This document shows positions 1-7,612 of a DNA stretch of 15,709 bases, in pieces. Position 1 is the first letter of the stretch. Each line of letters opens with the position of its first letter. The stretch lies in contig JAUQYZ020000219.1 of the NCBI GenBank assembly GCA_030587475.2, forward strand, positions 1 through 15,709. The letters run 5' to 3'. The notes below the pieces were generated by a model. It did no database searches. It saw nothing but the letters and a program-made list of their open reading frames with translations, and had not been told where the DNA came from. The DNA is from Candidatus Sigynarchaeum calidifontis (GTDB lineage Archaea; Asgardarchaeota; Lokiarchaeia; Sigyniarchaeales; Sigyniarchaeaceae). A program made the position numbers and the translations under genes.

Positions 1-12
1 TTCCTTTTTTTT

Positions 13-1617
13 TTACACGCGCACATCGATCGATGCTTTACCGCCGCCGAGATTGATGGCAACCATCTCCAAGCTACCGAACTTGATGTCGACGGATTGC
101 TGGCCAATTTTCAAGCGACCTGCATTTGGTTCCTCGAGAAGATTGCATGCGATGGCGACCTCCTTGTCCTTGATCCACGCGAGGAAGATATCCCGTCCCT
201 TGTCGATGCACGGGATGGAATCGTCCAAGCTATGCAGTTCTTGCCGAAGCAAGGCCATAAATGCTTGCTCCGTTCGGTTGGGTAATACCTTGGCGAGTAA
301 CTTGGCGATCGCTGGTGGCCTCCGCTCCAAAACGCGACAAGCCGGATTCCCTTGTAACCATAATTTATTCGCTGCCGCCGCTGTGGCGTCGAAGAGCACG
401 CGCTTGTATCGGGGTAGCCGGTTAGACCAATCCGGCCCGAGCTGCGTCGTCCCGAGCACGAGCAGGATCTCGCCATCGTTGCCCGGATCGCTCGCGAGGA
501 CGGGGCGCGCGGGGATCCCGGCACGCAGTGCCCACCAAGGCAGCTCGAAGTCGCCCTGGCCGACAGCGACGTGCACCGGGGCGACTCGCGCGTGGGACAA
601 GTCTCCTGCCAGGCCCTCGACCGCGCGCAGGCCGGGCAAAGCATTGGCGAGCGCCTTCCAGTAGGCTGGATCGAGGAGCCACGTGCCTCCCATGAGGAAA
701 ATGTTGGGAATGCCGAGGGCAACGGCGAGCTTGGCCTTACAGATCCAGTTTGCCACGGAAAGCGCTCGTGGGGGGAAGCACGTCGTCTCGCTGTAGAGCT
801 TGGCAGGATACATCAGCGCGATATGGAGCTGCATGCCGGCTATCTCGCTGGCCTTGCCCCGCGCCGGCCCGAAATCGCGGTTGCCGAAGTGGGCCTCGCC
901 GACGCGCATGTGCCTCGCATAGGGCTTCAAATCTGCGATGCGTATCCCATGCCGGTCGTCGCCCCGGTGCATGACCATGATGCCAAGGTTGATACCGGGA
1001 AGGGCGAGGGTCTTGGCCATGCTCGTGATTTTCCCGCAGATATGGTCGGTCCATTCCTCGATCATCTTGCCATGTTCCCGTCGCGCGATGGCCAATCCAA
1101 TGCTCTCGCGAGTTTCAGTCCGGTGGTACGTAGCGTTAAACTTCGCGATGCAATCGTCGCAGAAACAACCCATGACCTCGGGCCCGTGGTTGCCCATCCT
1201 GAAGTCATCGTCGAGGAACACGTCGGTGAACCCAGCGTCCTTGATCTGTACCATCGCGTCGACGTTGTCCCGCACCATGCGATCCTCGATGTCAGCGCAG
1301 TGGTAGACCGTGCGGCCGTACCGGTCGATACGATAGCGCCAGTGGGCTGGAATGCGCAAGTCGATCGCTGGATCATCGGGATCCAGGCTATTGCCCGGGT
1401 GGCCAACGGGCATGGACATGATCCCGACCTCGAAGCCGTGCCGCTCGAGGACAGCCCTTGCTTCGACCAACTCTCCCAACGGGGCGTCAAAATGGCCGAA
1501 AAAATAGCCATGAAGCCATAATTTGGCGACACCAGCGTTCCGGAGCATGTCAAGCATCGTGGAGCGGCGTTGCGGGTCGAGCACGAGCTTTGCGGGAATG
1601 CTATAATGGAGCTTCAT
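13..1617 (-). CDS. Hypothetical protein, glycoside-hydrolase-like TIM-barrel N-terminal region with CxCxxC motif
   Basis: 534-aa ORF with GC3-rich codons. Segment FTDVFLDDDFRM...GCFCDDCIAKFN resembles the CxCxxC-containing GH42/GHL-like barrels. Family not pinned down. Confidence 0.6.
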   Translation of the reverse strand: MKLHYSIPAKLVLDPQRRSTMLDMLRNAGVAKLWLHGYFFGHFDAPLGELVEARAVLERHGFEVGIMSMPVGHPGNSLDPDDPAIDLRIPAHWRYRIDRYGRTVYHCADIEDRMVRDNVDAMVQIKDAGFTDVFLDDDFRMGNHGPEVMGCFCDDCIAKFNATYHRTETRESIGLAIARREHGKMIEEWTDHICGKITSMAKTLALPGINLGIMVMHRGDDRHGIRIADLKPYARHMRVGEAHFGNRDFGPARGKASEIAGMQLHIALMYPAKLYSETTCFPPRALSVANWICKAKLAVALGIPNIFLMGGTWLLDPAYWKALANALPGLRAVEGLAGDLSHARVAPVHVAVGQGDFELPWWALRAGIPARPVLASDPGNDGEILLVLGTTQLGPDWSNRLPRYKRVLFDATAAAANKLWLQGNPACRVLERRPPAIAKLLAKVLPNRTEQAFMALLRQELHSLDDSIPCIDKGRDIFLAWIKDKEVAIACNLLEEPNAGRLKIGQQSVDIKFGSLEMVAINLGGGKASIDVRV

Positions 1618-1654
1618 GCTAGCTTCTTGTGCTGCCGGGGCATATTAGGGTTCG

Positions 1655-2800
1655 ATGTCGAGCAACCCGTTTGCGACGCCGGAGGAGTTGCGGAAGCTCG
1701 AGCCCCCGGTCTGGAAATCGACCATGGTCGTGCAAGAGCCGGTCTTGCTATTTTCGATGGGCGACGTGCTCGTGGGATCGTTGCTGTTCGAGCCTGAGAC
1801 CATCGTGGCCATCGAAGCATGGGATGAGGCGGCGTCGCGGTTCGAATGCGTGTCCAGCAGTGCAACGAGGGAAATCGATGTGCAGCCGAAGCCCGGCGGC
1901 GCCGGTGCCAGGCTGATCATCCATTCGAAAGAATACCCGCATCTTTCACCCGCGGACATCTACCAGCCGCTCGGGAGCCCCTTGGCGTACCCGTCGACGC
2001 GGGACAAGAAGACGGGGCTGTTGTTCTCGGAAAAGGGACTGTTCCACCAGAAAGCCATCCTCGTGACGTACAAGCACGGTTCCAAGTGGCACGGGTCGAC
2101 GCCGCGCCACGATCCCGCGCGGTTGCCAGTGCTGCAGCGCGTTTTGGCTGGTGAAGGCCATGGCAAGAAAAAGCTCGATTTGTTCGTACTCGGCGATTCG
2201 ATATCGACCGGCGCGAATTGCAGCGCCCAGCTAGGCCTGCATCCACGGTACCACGGCTACCCCGACCTGGTGGCCGGCGTGCTGCAAGAGCGGCTCCCGG
2301 GCGTGGAAGTCCGGCTTGCCAACGAGTCTGCTGGCGGCGCGAGCGCCGAGTGGGGGCGGAAGACATTGAATGATCGCATCAAGGGGGCACGTAACAAGCA
2401 TCACGACTTCTCCTTCGACGTGAACATCATTGCCTTCGGTGCCAACGACGCCGGTGGTCGCCGCCCCAATCGCAAATACATCAAGGATATCGAAACCATT
2501 ATCTCTAACATTGCGCTGGTGAACCCGTCGGCACAATTCGTTGTCATTGCCTCGGCCATGATGAACGACTTGTGGATACACGGGCACAACGATATCTTGC
2601 TCAAGTACCAGAAAGCCTTGCATGCAATGGCTATGAAAAAGGGTGCATCGGTCGCCATAGCGGATGCCACGCAATTGTGGGCGGACATCCTGGCTCGTAA
2701 AGCCTATTATGATCTGACCGGCAACGGGCTGAACCATCCCAATGATTTTGGCCATAGACTTTATGCGCAAGTCATAGCAACAATAATTGGTCTGATCTGA
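1655..2800 (+). CDS. SGNH/GDSL-family hydrolase (esterase) with N-terminal extension
   Basis: Block I LGDSIS, block II SAGGAS, block III FGANDA, block V NGLNHPNDFGH. Confidence 0.88.
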   Translation: MSSNPFATPEELRKLEPPVWKSTMVVQEPVLLFSMGDVLVGSLLFEPETIVAIEAWDEAASRFECVSSSATREIDVQPKPGGAGARLIIHSKEYPHLSPADIYQPLGSPLAYPSTRDKKTGLLFSEKGLFHQKAILVTYKHGSKWHGSTPRHDPARLPVLQRVLAGEGHGKKKLDLFVLGDSISTGANCSAQLGLHPRYHGYPDLVAGVLQERLPGVEVRLANESAGGASAEWGRKTLNDRIKGARNKHHDFSFDVNIIAFGANDAGGRRPNRKYIKDIETIISNIALVNPSAQFVVIASAMMNDLWIHGHNDILLKYQKALHAMAMKKGASVAIADATQLWADILARKAYYDLTGNGLNHPNDFGHRLYAQVIATIIGLI

Positions 2801-2837
2801 GGGCTATTCCCTTATTTCAGTTCCTGATCGAAACTTG

Positions 2838-3125
2838 TCATTCATTGCGGATGAAGCGAGCGAGCAAGGTTTCGGCTGTCGGCCTCGCCGTGAAGGTGCA
2901 TTGATCGGGGATGCAGCCCTTGCATTCTCCAGTGCTTTTAAAGGGGAGCAAGGCGGAGATTTTTTTTACGGCAGCGGGATGCTGCGCGATGAAGATCCGC
3001 TCGTCCTTCACCAGCGGCGTTTGTTTGAGCACGTTCGCGTATCTCGATAGCTTGAAGGCGTCATCATAGGCGAACGCATTTTTAAAGACGCCCGGTTGGT
3101 CGATCGGGATGGAAAACTTGACCGT
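2838..3125 (-). CDS. Small hypothetical protein or gene remnant (~95 aa), start uncertain
   Basis: Frame is open from 3167 to the stop at 2838 with coding-like codons (TVKFSIPIDQPGVFKNAFAYDDAFKLSRYANVLKQTPLVKDERIF...CKGCIPDQC...). No in-frame ATG. GTG at 3032, ACG at 3125, out-of-frame ATG at 3136. Confidence 0.4.
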   Translation of the reverse strand, partial: TVKFSIPIDQPGVFKNAFAYDDAFKLSRYANVLKQTPLVKDERIFIAQHPAAVKKISALLPFKSTGECKGCIPDQCTFTARPTAETLLARFIRNE

Positions 3126-3184
3126 GTGACTACCATGGTTATCTTCACGAACGATAATTTCATCGCTTCATCTTCACAAAATAG

Positions 3185-3266
3185 AGCCAGCTGTGGGACT
3201 TGCACCCACGGTACCTTTCGGCAACGGCTCTGCAGGCCGTCCCCTTAGCTGCTTGGGTAAGCTGGC
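3185..3266 (-). tRNA. tRNA-Cys(GCA), atypical with long variable arm, no encoded CCA
   Basis: Minus strand folds as GCCAGCT/AGCTGGC acceptor plus U73; D-arm CCC-AAGCAGCTAA-GGG; anticodon arm ACGGC-CTGCAGA-GCCGT; variable region TGCC-GAAA-GGTA-CC; T-arm GTGGG-TGCAAGT-CCCAC. Confidence 0.92.
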
Positions 3267-3293
3267 GTCGATCATACTCGTCATATGGTCGAG

Positions 3294-3304
3294 TTCGTTT
3301 AATG
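3294..3304 (-). promoter_or_regulatory. Candidate TATA-like promoter element of the tRNA gene (CATTAAACGAA)
   Basis: AT-rich element about 30-38 nt upstream of the tRNA 5' end. An identical 11-mer lies upstream of the GRE gene. Confidence 0.45.
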
Positions 3305-3531
3305 TCTTGTGGTGAATAATTATTAGTTTCGCTTGCGTCGTGCTTTTAATCGGGGTTGCGGCAATTCGTAGGTGGACGCTGCGGTTCAACGCGGTATCTA
3401 GCACTTGGCAAGGTTGACATGAACTAGGCAGCAAGCCTCCTTAGTTCGCTCGTAGGAAGTTTTATTTGGGCTTTTTTGGATGTCGTAATAGGCAGTTAAG
3501 AATCCCTAACACGCGTTCGTTCACTCATATC

Positions 3532-4536
3532 ATGGCACAGAAAAAGATACCGCCAGCGAAAAAGCGGAAGAATCCGTACGTGGCGGGTGTTGCAGCACTT
3601 AATTTCAAGCCCGAACAAGATTGGGATGTAGATGAGGCTATGGAGATTTATGCCAGGGCTAAATTTCCGTTCGAGGTCGATAGGATCTTCTTCGAGGATT
3701 GCATCAAAGGGATGCAGCAGCTGCCTGGTAACTCTGTAGACCTGGTAATTGCCGACCCACCATTCGGGATTGATTTCGACGGGCGAGGATCGCAATACAA
3801 CCGCAAGACCGATCTCGTCGTGGCAGGTTACAAGGAAATCGAGGCGAGCTACGACCAGTTCACCCTCGCGTGGATATCGGAACTGCCCCGTCTCATGAAA
3901 GACACGGCATCCGCGTACATCTTCTCTGGATGGACAAACTTGAAGGATGTCCTCGTTGCCGTGGACAAAGCGAACCTCACGGTCATCAACCATATCATCT
4001 GGAAATACCAGTTCGGCGTTTTCACCCAGCGGAAGTTCGTGACGAGCCATTATCACGTCTTGTTCCTCGTGAAAAACCCAGAAAAGTATTACTTTAACAA
4101 GATCGAGCACTACCCGCTGGATATCTGGGACATCCCGAGGACATACCGGCCTGGCCAGCAGAAAAACGGCACGAAGCTCCCCGAGAACGTGGTGTTTCGT
4201 TGCATCGATTTCAGCTCGAAACCGGGCGATCTCGTGCTCGACCCGTTCATGGGGAATGGCACGTCGGCTGCATGTGCCAAGGCAAAATTCCGGCATTTCA
4301 TCGGTTTCGAGTTAAACAAGAATTTACAAGAAATCCTAGACGAGAACATCAAGGCCGTGCATGTTGGCGAGAGCTACGTCCCGTACCATACCATGGTGCC
4401 GCCCGCCGAGACACTCGCCGAGAAATATCCCGCCGTGAAGAAGATCCTCGACCGCAAGCAAGTTGCAGCTAGCGGCGGATCGAAAGAGGGGAATCAAAGG
4501 GAACGTACGCAAGCCCCGCTGGATGAATTCATATAA
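3532..4536 (+). CDS. Orphan site-specific DNA methyltransferase (N4-C/N6-A, beta class) with C-terminal PIP-like motif
   Basis: Motif IV DPPF precedes motif I LDPFMGNGTS (beta order). Likely start is ATG 3532 (MAQKK). No adjacent endonuclease gene. Ends QAPLDEFI*. Confidence 0.92.
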   Translation: MAQKKIPPAKKRKNPYVAGVAALNFKPEQDWDVDEAMEIYARAKFPFEVDRIFFEDCIKGMQQLPGNSVDLVIADPPFGIDFDGRGSQYNRKTDLVVAGYKEIEASYDQFTLAWISELPRLMKDTASAYIFSGWTNLKDVLVAVDKANLTVINHIIWKYQFGVFTQRKFVTSHYHVLFLVKNPEKYYFNKIEHYPLDIWDIPRTYRPGQQKNGTKLPENVVFRCIDFSSKPGDLVLDPFMGNGTSAACAKAKFRHFIGFELNKNLQEILDENIKAVHVGESYVPYHTMVPPAETLAEKYPAVKKILDRKQVAASGGSKEGNQRERTQAPLDEFI

Positions 4537-4589
4537 ACGTTCCGCGAGAGATGGACATCCATGATCGAGCGGGACATCATCGGTAGAAG

Positions 4590-4600
4590 CATTAAACGAA
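4590..4600 (+). promoter_or_regulatory. Candidate TATA-like promoter of the GRE cluster (possibly leaderless transcript)
   Basis: CATTAAACGAA with ATTAAA starting 26 nt before ATG 4617. No SD-like sequence before this ATG. Confidence 0.5.
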
Positions 4601-4616
4601 TGAGGCGTTTCCACGC

Positions 4617-7568
4617 ATGGCAAGCTTAATTCCGTTCCAGATCGGGCTCAAGCTCATGGGCCTGGCATTCGGCATATCGAAAAAGCTTCGCAAGGAGATC
4701 TATAATCCTTCTATAAACTATGCCTTCAACAATCGCATCCAGATCAGGACCATGGACGGCACTGCCAACATCTGGATCGAGTTCAAGAATGGTAAGATGC
4801 GGTCTGGTACCGGTCCCATCGATCACCCCGATCTCGTGCTCGAATATAGCAGCAAGGACATCATGGCCAACGCGATCAAGTACACGCCGGACATCAGCCT
4901 CGACTTGCTCCTGTCTGGCGACCTCGAATTCGTGGGCAACATGGCCACGTTGGGCAAGTTCTCCTACCTCACGACCATCTTCCCGAAAAAAGTCAAGCGG
5001 CCCCTCTCACCTTCCTTCCCGCCGCAGACACGCATCACGGAGGAGCAAGCGGCTATTAAAAAAATAGACAACGAGGTGCTTGGCCGGCAAGTCGACGCGG
5101 TAAAGTACCTCGCGGATCCCTATCTCGGGAAGCTCTCGATCTCGGACTTCCCGTGGTTGCTGGAGCGAAAAAATCGATTTTTCACGGAACGGGCCGAGGT
5201 TTGCACGGAGCGTGCCAAGAACCTCACGGACTTCTTCGTGGCCGAGGGTTTCGAAAACAGGAAGGACGGGCAACCGTGGGATGCATCGCTCCGCAACGGC
5301 CTTGCCTTGAAGCACGTGCTCGCGATGAAAGCTCCCGTCATACACGAAGGCGACTTGCTTCCGGGCTCGACGACCTCCAAGCGCCTCGGCGTGCAGTTGT
5401 TCCCCGAGTTCGGCGCCGTCATGCTCTGGCCCGAGCTCCACACGGTTCATGCCCGCCCCCTCAACCCGTACATCATCTCTGAGGATGACAAGGCGATCTT
5501 GAACGAATACGTGTACCCGTTCTGGATCGACCGGAACATCCGCGAGTACACGCGCAAGAAATATGGCAACGCGCTCTGCCAGCGCATCGACGACAAGTTC
5601 GCGTATTACTTCATGTGGAAAACGCAAGCGATTTCCCACACGATCCCGAATTGGAGCACGCTCCTTTCCAAGGGGATCGGGGGCATCATCGCCGACATCG
5701 ACGAAAAGGCAGCGGGAGCCAAGGACGGCGACGGCCGGGCTGCATTTTACGCTGGCGCGAAAGCAGCGCTCGAAGGCATACTTGCATACACTAGGAACTT
5801 GCACAAGGAGGCGCAGCGGCAAGTCGACGAGTTGCAAGCCAGGAACGACCCTGCTCTAGCCGGCGCGATAGAAAACCTGTACAATATTCTTCACATGCTC
5901 GACGTGGTTCCCGAGCATCCTGCGAGATCGTTCCGCGAGGCCATCACGGCGATCTGGATCGTCTGGGTGGCCTTGCATAACGAAAATATGAACGCGGGCC
6001 TCTCCCTCGGCCGCCTCGACCAGGTGCTCTACCCGTATTTCGAGCATGATATGAAAATCGCCAGCAGTCTCGCCGCTCGTGAACTAGCCATCAAGGAGGC
6101 TATCACGTTGATCGGGGCATTCTACTTGAAATGCGGCGACCACCTGCCGCTCGTGCCGAACGTGGGGAACAAGCTCTTCGGTGGCAGCTCCTCCGACCAG
6201 GCACTTACCCTTGGCGGCATCACGCCGTCTGGCGAGAACGCTGTCAACGACCTCACCTACATGTTCTTGAAGGTTACCGAGATGCTCTCGATCCGTGACC
6301 CGAACGTCAACGCCCGGTACCACGTGGACAAGAACTCGCCCGAGTACTTGCGGCGGCTGCTGGAGGTCAACATCAACACGACGGCCACGCCTTCCATCCA
6401 CAACGACAAGGTCATGATCGACACGCTCGTGTCCCGCGGCTTCGCGCTCGAGGACGCGCGTGACTGGGCTGCCACGGGCTGCGTCGAGCCGACAATGATC
6501 GGCCGCCACTTCGGGCACACGAACTGCATGCTCTGCAACCTCGTCGCGCCGCTCGAGGTGCTCATGAACGGTGGCCGCCACCCGCGTTTCCACTACCCGA
6601 TCAACGAGAACCTCACCCCCGCCTTCACGGCAGCGAACTTTCCGACCTTTGACGCGCTGCTCGGGGGATACAAGTCCCAGCTCGCCTTCCTCATTGCAAA
6701 ATCCATCGAAATCAACAACATGTACGGCACCGTCCACCAGGAGATCAAGCCGACCCCGCTGCTTTCGAGCCTCATCGACGGGGCGATCGAGAAGGGCAAG
6801 GACGTCGTGCACGGCAGCGCCAGGTATAACAGCTCGGGTGTTGCCATGGTCGCACTCGTCGATGTCGTCGATTCGCTCATGGCCCTGAAGAAAGTCGTGT
6901 ACGAGTGGAAGAAGATCGATCTCGACCAGTTCAAGGTCGTGCTCGAGCGCGACTTCACGGGCGAGGGCGACAAGGCCATCCTCGAGCACATCAAGCGGGT
7001 TCCCAAGTTTGGCTCCAACGACCCCGAGGTCAACAAGCTGGCGAAAGAGCTCATCGCATTCATCAATGAAGAGTATGCACGTGCTAAGAACTATCGTGGT
7101 GGTAATTATCTCGTCGGCTTCTGGTCAATGTCGAATCACACGGCTTTTGGAAAGCTTTCAGGAACGATGCCAAGCGGCCGGCTTCGCGGAAAGGCGTTCA
7201 CCCCTGGCATCACGCCAGCCCCGGGCTCGTCGGACCAGCTGCTCGATAACATCAAGACCGTGGCATCGCTAGATGCCAAGCTGTTTTCCAACAACATTGC
7301 TTTCAACGTGAAGCTGGTGCCAAGTGGTGGCGACACCCACGAGCAAACACTCGATCATTTCTACGATTATTCTCGGAGTTATTTCGATCTCGGCGGGCTC
7401 CAGATGCAATTCAACGTGGTCACGACCGCCATGATGCGGGACGCGATGCTCCACCCGGAGAACTACCGGTGGCTCATGGTTCGCATCTCCGGTTACAACG
7501 CCTATTTCACCGAGCTGAACAAGGACATGCAGATCGAGCTCATCGAGCGCATGGAATTCAAGGCGTGA
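4617..7568 (+). CDS. Glycyl radical enzyme (PFL-like, eliminase-type GCVE loop) with N-terminal SCP2-like domain
   Basis: Gly-radical finger LMVRISGYNA (Gly959) and Cys loop ATGCVEPT (Cys622). SLGRLDQ and GRLRGKAFTPG motifs. Residues ~25-120 (RIQIRTMDGTANIWIEFKNGK...PDLVLEY...LLSGDLEFVGNM) resemble an SCP2 sterol/lipid-binding fold. Confidence 0.93.
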   Translation: MASLIPFQIGLKLMGLAFGISKKLRKEIYNPSINYAFNNRIQIRTMDGTANIWIEFKNGKMRSGTGPIDHPDLVLEYSSKDIMANAIKYTPDISLDLLLSGDLEFVGNMATLGKFSYLTTIFPKKVKRPLSPSFPPQTRITEEQAAIKKIDNEVLGRQVDAVKYLADPYLGKLSISDFPWLLERKNRFFTERAEVCTERAKNLTDFFVAEGFENRKDGQPWDASLRNGLALKHVLAMKAPVIHEGDLLPGSTTSKRLGVQLFPEFGAVMLWPELHTVHARPLNPYIISEDDKAILNEYVYPFWIDRNIREYTRKKYGNALCQRIDDKFAYYFMWKTQAISHTIPNWSTLLSKGIGGIIADIDEKAAGAKDGDGRAAFYAGAKAALEGILAYTRNLHKEAQRQVDELQARNDPALAGAIENLYNILHMLDVVPEHPARSFREAITAIWIVWVALHNENMNAGLSLGRLDQVLYPYFEHDMKIASSLAARELAIKEAITLIGAFYLKCGDHLPLVPNVGNKLFGGSSSDQALTLGGITPSGENAVNDLTYMFLKVTEMLSIRDPNVNARYHVDKNSPEYLRRLLEVNINTTATPSIHNDKVMIDTLVSRGFALEDARDWAATGCVEPTMIGRHFGHTNCMLCNLVAPLEVLMNGGRHPRFHYPINENLTPAFTAANFPTFDALLGGYKSQLAFLIAKSIEINNMYGTVHQEIKPTPLLSSLIDGAIEKGKDVVHGSARYNSSGVAMVALVDVVDSLMALKKVVYEWKKIDLDQFKVVLERDFTGEGDKAILEHIKRVPKFGSNDPEVNKLAKELIAFINEEYARAKNYRGGNYLVGFWSMSNHTAFGKLSGTMPSGRLRGKAFTPGITPAPGSSDQLLDNIKTVASLDAKLFSNNIAFNVKLVPSGGDTHEQTLDHFYDYSRSYFDLGGLQMQFNVVTTAMMRDAMLHPENYRWLMVRISGYNAYFTELNKDMQIELIERMEFKA

Positions 7569-7612
7569 CCGCGCCCGGCCTTTTTCACGTAAACAACTAC
7601 GCGAGGTCGAGA

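Noticed and set aside
571-1521. Long antisense/alternate-frame ORFs (e.g. 571-1521+, 3496-4296-, 5007-5837-, 6084-6989-, 13037-13831+, 13890-14603-)
   Set aside because: Shadow ORFs of GC3-rich real genes with no recognisable motifs.
3185-3266. tRNA-Sec or intron-containing tRNA
   Set aside because: Anticodon is GCA not UCA, the acceptor/T stems are 7/5 and the D-stem is short. The extra ~9 nt form a clean hairpin with no evident bulge-helix-bulge and are very short for an intron.
2838-3434. Same-frame ORFs 3174-3434 and 2838-3167 separated by two TGA codons, suggesting selenocysteine or readthrough
   Set aside because: The upstream ORF runs through the tRNA gene and its promoter, so it is not a credible coding sequence.
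3421-3447. Imperfect hairpin GAACTAGG...CCTTAGTTC between tRNA and MTase
   Set aside because: Short, imperfect, with no recognisable ncRNA or terminator context.
3532-4536. Restriction-modification system or tRNA-integrated island
   Set aside because: No endonuclease, integrase or duplicated tRNA 3' end (att site) visible in the window.
4617-7568. True pyruvate formate-lyase, alkyl/benzylsuccinate synthase or class III RNR
   Set aside because: Single-Cys GCVEP loop (no vicinal CC, no CMSP-type loop), no small accessory subunit genes and no NrdD features.
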